In this document: positions 57,438 through 64,000 of the stretch, piece after piece
Layout of the letters: the number at the start of each line of letters is the position of its first letter
Numbering within the stretch: the stretch's first letter is position 1
Sequence record: PV467749.1
Direction: 5' to 3' (one strand)
DNA length: 64,000 bases
DNA from: a phage
Made by a program: the position numbers and the translations under genes
The notes under the pieces: generated by a model
What the model was told of the DNA's origin: nothing
The model's database searches: none
Seen by the model: only the letters and a program-made list of their open reading frames with translations

Positions 57438-59861
57438 TCATCCTCCTAAATTGCTGTTTTGTAATGAAATCAAAAATGTATCATGAACGTAGTTTTCGAA
57501 TTCATGTGCAAAGAATCCAAACTCAACTCCTGTGATTTCAAACTCAACACCAACCATCTTACCATGTTCATTGTTCTGAAGTAAAGTGTTAAAGAATGCT
57601 TCACCCTTTCCTGGTGCACAATATGCAACTGGAATGATTGGCATAAATTTCTTTTCAACTCCATTTTCTTCGTATGGGTGATTCATGAAGCGAGGAACAG
57701 TGTCAAGCATCTCATCAGAAATTCCTGGTATAGCATCTACATACAAACCACGGTTTTGTAAATCAGTTGGGTCTTTCACAAGGTTAGTTGTGTCTTCGCC
57801 AATTGCTGCAAAAATATTTTGACGCAAGCCAAATATTTCACCGAGTGTTCCGTTATCAATTTGCGTGTAACTTCTTGGATTCTTAGAAACCGACACCAAT
57901 GAACCTGCGGGTAAAACTTCACGGTATAATATATCATACTGCAAGTTACCTTGGTTGTCAAGTGCTGACATTACTTTATAGTTGCCCATTACCATTCTAA
58001 ATTTTCCATCAGGTATAGTTGCACCAGATTGGTTTATGATATTTTCCCTAAGTACTTTTTTAATATCACTCAACGTAGTGTAAGTATAGTTCTGACTCAA
58101 AAAGTTTTCTTTTAATAGAATACGTGGTACTTTTTGTAACCCGTATCTATCATCTGATTGACGATGGAAAGCTTGTTTTGTAAATGATGGTGTACTAATA
58201 CACTTAAACCATTCACGTTCAAAATAAACAGAAGGTACAATATGTGCACTTAAGTAGTTTTGTCCAAAACCACGTACAATTTTCAGTTTAAATAACTTGG
58301 ACGCAACACCACCTTCAGTGTCATATGCTTTGATGTTGAATTCTAATTTTATATCATCATTTGCACTGAAATCTAAACTTTTTGCATATGCCGTCCCGAC
58401 CAAGAACCCATCTGCGGTGAGGTCCAAACCATATTTGCGAATATCATCAGGCCCACCATCTAATACATAAGATACCTGATTAGTACTGGTAGTTTGTATT
58501 TGTGGATAAGTACTGTGACCGAAATATTCACCCACATGAATACTACCTAAATCACTATCAGTTGTGAAGTCTATTGAGTTTCCTTCTTCTGCGTTCACTA
58601 GAACACGGAACATCTTCTCTTCACCTATAATATTCTCACCTAAGCTTGAATCATAATATCCTAAATCAATCCAATCTGAACTTTTAAACACTGGCTTTGT
58701 TTCACCTAGATCATATTCACCAGAGATTACATATGGATATACAACGTTATCTTTCAACTGATACAAATGATTAGGTAAAGGTTTATCACCATCAGCGTAT
58801 ATACCATCTACATTGTCTGGACATACCCACATTTGATATGCTTTGAAACGTTGGTTTATAGCGAAGCGGTCAGTGTCATAACTATATGTACTCAAAATAT
58901 CAACAATTTCAACTTTGAAATATGCATCACATGCATCAGAGTCATATAGGAATGTTTGCAGAAATTGTCCATTTGGGTTGAAAACCAATCCTGAATCTAG
59001 TAACTCCCCAGAGCTAGTTTGAATATTAACCTTAATTTCTTTATTAATACCAAATACAGGCCATATATTATCAATAGGACGTAGGATTGCATAATCATCA
59101 GTAATGTGGCGAGCAGGAACTTCTGCTGGGGTCATATCGAGTAGACGATACGCTGGATAAAATACTCTAGGAGATAGGTCAGTTGATGTATCCGTTCCTA
59201 AAATAAATGGACGACGACGACCAAATCCCTGTACAAATAAAGTACTGTTGGAACCGTATTCAATATCACCAATACAATATAATTTGTCATCATCACCGAT
59301 TTCGATTCCAGGAGTAACCCACACTTCCTGACTATCATATTCAATTGTTACTTCATTTGAACCAATTTCACCACTAGGGGAAATGTTACCATAGTACATA
59401 ACATTTACTGCTTGAAGATAGAAGTTAATCTGTTCAGAGTTGTTAAATGTACCATCATCTTTACAATGCAATTTAATAAAATAAACATCTTCGGTATTAG
59501 TGCTTGCCGATAGATCAAATTGAGTTTTATCAATTTTACATTTGTGCTTACCATTAATCAACTTGTTACCAGTAATACCTGATGATATAGGTGTGAGATT
59601 AGATTCATCATTACCAACATACACTGCGTAGTGATCTTCTGGTTGAAATACTGCATCAGAACTATCCAAACCCTGAATAGTTAGAATCATCTCTAAGTAT
59701 TCGTTTTCATTAAGTATATAACTATCATCCGTTGTGGTTTCTTTGTTGATACTCAAACGCACAAGAATGTCTTGTCCTTCTTGTATATATCGAGCATCGG
59801 CTTTTATATCCCATCTAGGGGTAAAAGTTGTCATTATAATTCTCCATAGCCAAGCTACCAT
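57438..59861 (-). CDS. large hypothetical protein (possibly virion structural)
   Basis: 807-aa ORF; no ATPase or nuclease motifs seen; likely start at Met10. Confidence 0.55.
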   Translation of the reverse strand: MVAWLWRIIMTTFTPRWDIKADARYIQEGQDILVRLSINKETTTDDSYILNENEYLEMILTIQGLDSSDAVFQPEDHYAVYVGNDESNLTPISSGITGNKLINGKHKCKIDKTQFDLSASTNTEDVYFIKLHCKDDGTFNNSEQINFYLQAVNVMYYGNISPSGEIGSNEVTIEYDSQEVWVTPGIEIGDDDKLYCIGDIEYGSNSTLFVQGFGRRRPFILGTDTSTDLSPRVFYPAYRLLDMTPAEVPARHITDDYAILRPIDNIWPVFGINKEIKVNIQTSSGELLDSGLVFNPNGQFLQTFLYDSDACDAYFKVEIVDILSTYSYDTDRFAINQRFKAYQMWVCPDNVDGIYADGDKPLPNHLYQLKDNVVYPYVISGEYDLGETKPVFKSSDWIDLGYYDSSLGENIIGEEKMFRVLVNAEEGNSIDFTTDSDLGSIHVGEYFGHSTYPQIQTTSTNQVSYVLDGGPDDIRKYGLDLTADGFLVGTAYAKSLDFSANDDIKLEFNIKAYDTEGGVASKLFKLKIVRGFGQNYLSAHIVPSVYFEREWFKCISTPSFTKQAFHRQSDDRYGLQKVPRILLKENFLSQNYTYTTLSDIKKVLRENIINQSGATIPDGKFRMVMGNYKVMSALDNQGNLQYDILYREVLPAGSLVSVSKNPRSYTQIDNGTLGEIFGLRQNIFAAIGEDTTNLVKDPTDLQNRGLYVDAIPGISDEMLDTVPRFMNHPYEENGVEKKFMPIIPVAYCAPGKGEAFFNTLLQNNEHGKMVGVEFEITGVEFGFFAHEFENYVHDTFLISLQNSNLGG

Positions 59862-59874
59862 TATCTATAGATTA

Positions 59875-59912
59875 TTTATATAAAGGACAAGGAAGACCCA
59901 TAAAGGTCTTCC
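59875..59912 (-). terminator. rho-independent terminator
   Basis: Hairpin GGAAGACC-TTTATG-GGTCTTCC then T-rich tract after gp52 stop. Confidence 0.5.
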
Positions 59913-59922
59913 CTGTTTATAA

Positions 59923-61335
59923 TCAATCTTCAGTTTTTGGCGTGAAGTCAATCTTACGTAGTTCTTTCAACTCATCTTTATAGATGTTCCAAATCAAATC
60001 ATGATTCGACAGGAGATTGTTATATTCATCCATTAAATCCAAGTTATGTTGAATATCAGCTAGTACTGATTGATAATTGTCTTGGGTCCAACGATATGAT
60101 GGGAAGTTTACGATGCTTTGAATATTCTCATCGGTTGCTTCGATTTCAGTGTTTAATGATTTAACAAACTCAACCATTTCTGAACGGTTAGCAAAACCCT
60201 TAACCTTAGCAATCATATCATTATCAAAACATTCTTTGATTAGAATCTTATAACGTACTTCAGCAGCACAATCATCAAGTTTCTTCTCATAGCGTTTCAC
60301 ATAGTATTTGAAACGGAATTCAACAAAGTCCTTAATCAAATCCATTGTGTTATCATAGACTTTAACCTTACCATTCTCACCTAGAACAGTTAGGATTTGT
60401 GTCATCTTCTTATGAATGCCAAAGTATTCAATTACATCTTTCTCCACCCATTTAGCAGATGTTCCGCGTGGCAATTTGATTGTAATATCAATAACATCAG
60501 TACTATCATTATCATAATCACGAATATCACCATCATCGCTCATCTTAATGAGTTTCTCGATGAATTTCTCAATACTGTAGTTAGGTGGTAGACCTGTTAC
60601 TTTAACAGTACTGGCATCAATTACTTGTGCTTTACCATAGAACTCATATTTGTTTTCATCAAGCTTAGTTACGATATCACTTGCACCACATGAAACATAG
60701 TATGGAGTCATTTCTTTTAATGGTTTTTTATCAATAGCACGAATACAGTTATCAATAACATCTTCAATCTTATGTGGTAGAATTGTACTCTTATAACCTA
60801 CTGACATACTATCGTTACCAAACAAAGATAGTGGGATAATAGGTAAAAAGAAACTTGGTTCCATTGTAGTACCATCATAGTTCTCTTTCATTGGAATAAT
60901 GTCAGAGTCACGCAGTACTAACATTTCAGTACTTTTATTCTTTTTAACATAAGTATAACGAGCAGAAGCTGGAGTACTGTTTACTTGTGTACCAAAACCA
61001 CCACGTTTACCAATGAGTGGGTAGTTGTTTACGACTGGTGATGCTAGGTTCTGAAGAGTACCAGATGCAGATGCATCACCGTGTAGATAGATACCATCAC
61101 TAATCATTTTACCAGCACATGATACAGTTTTGATTTCACCACTAACTTTTGAGAGGGTGAAGATTGCTTTACGCTGTGAACTCTTAAGGCCATCAATCCC
61201 AGGGATTGCACGGTCTAGTGTGTACATTGAATATTCTAGTGATGTGGTATTCACATAATCAGAACTGTTATAATCTAGTAGAGTTAGTGTTTGGTTATCG
61301 ATGCTTTGATTTTCGGTTTTTTTACTTTTAGCCAT
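59923..61335 (-). CDS. 52: DNA topoisomerase II medium subunit (T4 gp52-like)
   Basis: YSMYTLDRAIPGIDGLKSSQRK matches T4 gp52 AYAMYTVENRAIPNMIDGFKPVQR; KVKVYDNTMDLIKDFVEFR matches KLQVYDNVVDLIKDFVEVR. Confidence 0.85.
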   Translation of the reverse strand: MAKSKKTENQSIDNQTLTLLDYNSSDYVNTTSLEYSMYTLDRAIPGIDGLKSSQRKAIFTLSKVSGEIKTVSCAGKMISDGIYLHGDASASGTLQNLASPVVNNYPLIGKRGGFGTQVNSTPASARYTYVKKNKSTEMLVLRDSDIIPMKENYDGTTMEPSFFLPIIPLSLFGNDSMSVGYKSTILPHKIEDVIDNCIRAIDKKPLKEMTPYYVSCGASDIVTKLDENKYEFYGKAQVIDASTVKVTGLPPNYSIEKFIEKLIKMSDDGDIRDYDNDSTDVIDITIKLPRGTSAKWVEKDVIEYFGIHKKMTQILTVLGENGKVKVYDNTMDLIKDFVEFRFKYYVKRYEKKLDDCAAEVRYKILIKECFDNDMIAKVKGFANRSEMVEFVKSLNTEIEATDENIQSIVNFPSYRWTQDNYQSVLADIQHNLDLMDEYNNLLSNHDLIWNIYKDELKELRKIDFTPKTED

Positions 61336-61385
61336 TCCATTGTCTCTTTGTAAAAGGGGAACACCATGTTCCCCATTAATCTATA

Positions 61386-63350
61386 TTATTCCATCCAGTT
61401 CTTACGATCATCAGCACGTTTCTTGTTGAAAATCAAATCAAGAGTTTCACCAAGGCGACCATCATCTGTAATCGCTACTGCAACACTGTTAGTGAATGCA
61501 TCACGGAAGTTTGCTTTTTCTAACGTACCCAATCCTTTCGCACGGGTTGCTTTCCAACCTTTCCAATCATCTGGGTTGTATTCATGTACATCATGACCAT
61601 AGTAGTACTTGGATTCCTTACCTTTCTCTAGAATGATGAATGGTGTTTTGAATATATACACAAATGGATTCTCTGGGTCTTGGAATAGTTCAGGCCAGAA
61701 TTTGTATAGGAAGTTACATACTAAAGCACCAATGTTCTTTCCATCCTCATCTTCATCGGCACAGATATAAAGCTTACCATAGTTAAGGTCTGCTCTTTCC
61801 GCTTTTACACCAGGAATCAGGTTGATACTCGCCATTATATCATGCAATGCCATTGAATCCATTAATTCTTTGGTTTTCTCATTACCACTGACGTTCATAA
61901 TTTTACCACGCAATGGTAGAATACCATGAACTTTAGGATCACGAGCACTCGCCATGTTGGAAATAGCAGAATCACCCTCAGCAATTAGTAGGATGCATTT
62001 GGAACGATCCGTGCCTGTACTGTCCAGTAGTTTTGCAACTTTACCTTTCAGTAGTTTTTTAGCTAGACGGCGATCTTCTTCTGCATCTTTCTTGTTGGTA
62101 CGAGCAGCACAGCGTTCAAAAATTTCATCAATCCACTCTTTGTTCTTCTTGACTAATTCATCGAACCATTCAGAATTCATCGCTTGTTGAATTGGACGAA
62201 TAACGTTTTCGTTGGTTAGTTTTGATTTAATCTGTGAGTTGAATGATGGTGCTTTCATCGTTGTTACGTTATAAATCAACAGACCTTCTTCAATATCAGA
62301 GCGGTTAGGTTTCATCTTGCGTTTCTTTGATTCTTTCTCTAGAGCAGTTCCTACTCCTAATGAGAAGAATTTCTTGAATGTATCAAGATGTGTACCACCA
62401 TCAAATGCTGGGGCATTGTTAACCAAACCATGCATATGGAAGTTAGTGTTCATACCCGATACTGCATTAGGAACAATGTAGAAAGTACTGTTAAAGTTGA
62501 ATGATTCATCTTTAACGTTCAATTGCATCAGTTTAGATGCGTTGAATAGTGCTTTTTCAGTAGTTCCTTTAATTGCAATACGCTTACCGTTAAGGAAAAT
62601 CTTATAGGTAGGGTTAGCAGCAGACATTTCTTTCAAAATACTGTATAACAATTCGGTTGGCAGTTTACGGTTAGGAAATACCTCAGAACTCAGAGTGAAG
62701 CGAATTGTTGTTCCAGTCTTATCTGCTTGAACCTTACGAATAGTTGGTTCATGTACATGAAGTTCAGGAAACATAATAGTTCCTTCTTCGAACTTCTGAT
62801 TGAACTTATAAAAACCGTCATATCCGTCATTGCTACTTTGTGTTTTATACGGGCGACCTTGGCGATGGATTTCAAGTTCAGCTTTAGAACTTACAATCAT
62901 TGCAACTGAACCACCCAATCCATTCTGACCGATTGTTTCATCACGCTTCGAGTCATCAAAGTTGCGACCAGTTTTAGTTTCAGTCATTACCATTGTACAT
63001 AGATTTTTCTGATACTCAGGAACATAGTCAATTGGAATACCACGACCATTATCACTGATCTCAAAGGATAACTCTTCTTCATTGAAATCAACTTTGAGTA
63101 CTGGTTCTTTTGTGCCAGCTTTTTTAAATTCATCTAAGCTGTTATCGATAATTTCACGAGTAGCAGTTAGAATTGCAGGAACCCACTCAACGTTTTTAAC
63201 TTCATATCCAGACTCACCAAAGATCAGTACTTGACTTTCGTGAACAGAACGTGAACCCAGATACATCTCAGTACGTAAGCGAGCATGTTGATAATCGTTT
63301 AGACGTTGTACATCATGTTCCTGAAGAACAGCACTTTCTTTCTTAGCCAT
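61386..63350 (-). CDS. 39: DNA topoisomerase II large subunit (T4 gp39-like, with gp60-like C-terminal region)
   Basis: ATPase motifs EIIDNSLDE, DNGRGIP; toprim LLIAEGDSA; C-terminal DEDEDG...PELF...KGLGTLEK...DDRKNWM resembles T4 gp60. Confidence 0.85.
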   Translation of the reverse strand: MAKKESAVLQEHDVQRLNDYQHARLRTEMYLGSRSVHESQVLIFGESGYEVKNVEWVPAILTATREIIDNSLDEFKKAGTKEPVLKVDFNEEELSFEISDNGRGIPIDYVPEYQKNLCTMVMTETKTGRNFDDSKRDETIGQNGLGGSVAMIVSSKAELEIHRQGRPYKTQSSNDGYDGFYKFNQKFEEGTIMFPELHVHEPTIRKVQADKTGTTIRFTLSSEVFPNRKLPTELLYSILKEMSAANPTYKIFLNGKRIAIKGTTEKALFNASKLMQLNVKDESFNFNSTFYIVPNAVSGMNTNFHMHGLVNNAPAFDGGTHLDTFKKFFSLGVGTALEKESKKRKMKPNRSDIEEGLLIYNVTTMKAPSFNSQIKSKLTNENVIRPIQQAMNSEWFDELVKKNKEWIDEIFERCAARTNKKDAEEDRRLAKKLLKGKVAKLLDSTGTDRSKCILLIAEGDSAISNMASARDPKVHGILPLRGKIMNVSGNEKTKELMDSMALHDIMASINLIPGVKAERADLNYGKLYICADEDEDGKNIGALVCNFLYKFWPELFQDPENPFVYIFKTPFIILEKGKESKYYYGHDVHEYNPDDWKGWKATRAKGLGTLEKANFRDAFTNSVAVAITDDGRLGETLDLIFNKKRADDRKNWME

Positions 63351-63412
63351 TTGAATTCCTTTTTAATGTCTCTTTGTCATGCAACATTGTATCATCAATG
63401 CTTTGTTTGTCT

Positions 63413-63443
63413 CAAAAAAATATCGGGACATTAAATGCCCCGA
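63413..63443 (-). terminator. rho-independent terminator
   Basis: Hairpin TCGGGGCAT-TTA-ATGTCCCGA followed by T7 run on minus strand. Confidence 0.55.
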
Positions 63444-63449
63444 CAATTA

Positions 63450-63998
63450 TTATTTTACCAGAAGTAATTGTAATTCAGCACTAGGACTAAATTCATCATC
63501 ACTCCAGTACTTGTGAACCTTCTCTGGACTAGCCTTAGCCAATACTTCACCACCACCTACAATGTAGACTTGGTGTGAACCAATCAATCGGGTCCAGAAT
63601 TTAATTGCATCATCTGTGTGAAGACTGTCACTTAGTACTTTAATACCATGAGAAACCATATCCATAAAGATATTATAGATGATACCTTTAGTACCAGTTT
63701 TAGAGGCCGTAGCAGAAATCTCAAACACTTGTGGTACACCAACCACTGCATCATTCGACAAATGTCCACTAACGATAGCAAGCTGTTTACCCGCTTTATC
63801 ATAGGCAATAAACCCAGTACCATTCTTATTCATAAACACATCATAATCTTTGTGTTCTGCGAACTTAACCATGTTGTGCTTACCTGTCATCTCGGCAGTT
63901 TTGTCAACGAACTCGTCACGGTCTTGGCCTTGGAAACTATCGAAACGTTGTGGCATTTCTTCCAATTTCTCTTTATGGTCTTCTTCACATGAATCCAT
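63450..63998 (-). CDS. hypothetical protein (possibly 5'-truncated by window edge)
   Basis: 182-aa ORF reaching the window end. Confidence 0.45.
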   Translation of the reverse strand: MDSCEEDHKEKLEEMPQRFDSFQGQDRDEFVDKTAEMTGKHNMVKFAEHKDYDVFMNKNGTGFIAYDKAGKQLAIVSGHLSNDAVVGVPQVFEISATASKTGTKGIIYNIFMDMVSHGIKVLSDSLHTDDAIKFWTRLIGSHQVYIVGGGEVLAKASPEKVHKYWSDDEFSPSAELQLLLVK

Positions 63999-64000
63999 TA

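Noticed and set aside
57438-59861. rIIA-like assignment for the 807-aa protein
   Set aside because: No GHKL-type ATPase motifs expected for rIIA are visible.

Overview
The window looks like a segment of an AT-rich, T4-related (Straboviridae-like) phage genome. Almost all genes run on the minus strand, tightly packed and often with ATGA start/stop overlaps. Core replication genes are recognisable by motif: topoisomerase II large subunit (gp39 with a gp60-like C-terminus in one ORF), topoisomerase II medium subunit (gp52), clamp-loader ATPase (gp44-like), a GroES-like co-chaperonin, a DEDDh exonuclease, a sigma-70-family sigma factor and two HNH endonucleases. A tRNA cluster sits at 22.3-26.9 kb with six tRNA genes; one tRNA(CAT) is split by a ~230-nt group I intron. 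A Dcm-type cytosine-5 methyltransferase carries an intein with a LAGLIDADG endonuclease domain at its catalytic Cys. The most striking unexplained feature is an expanded family of about 20 divergent small proteins sharing a C-terminal [DE][DE]-x2-F-Q-x-S-x-[VI] motif, mostly in tandem arrays; no function can be assigned from sequence. Also notable are a tandemly triplicated 54-aa 'MTHEEW' gene family, an over-represented palindrome CAGTACTG, sigma-70-consensus promoters and repeated terminator hairpins. All calls are from reading the sequence and motif memory; no searches were run.
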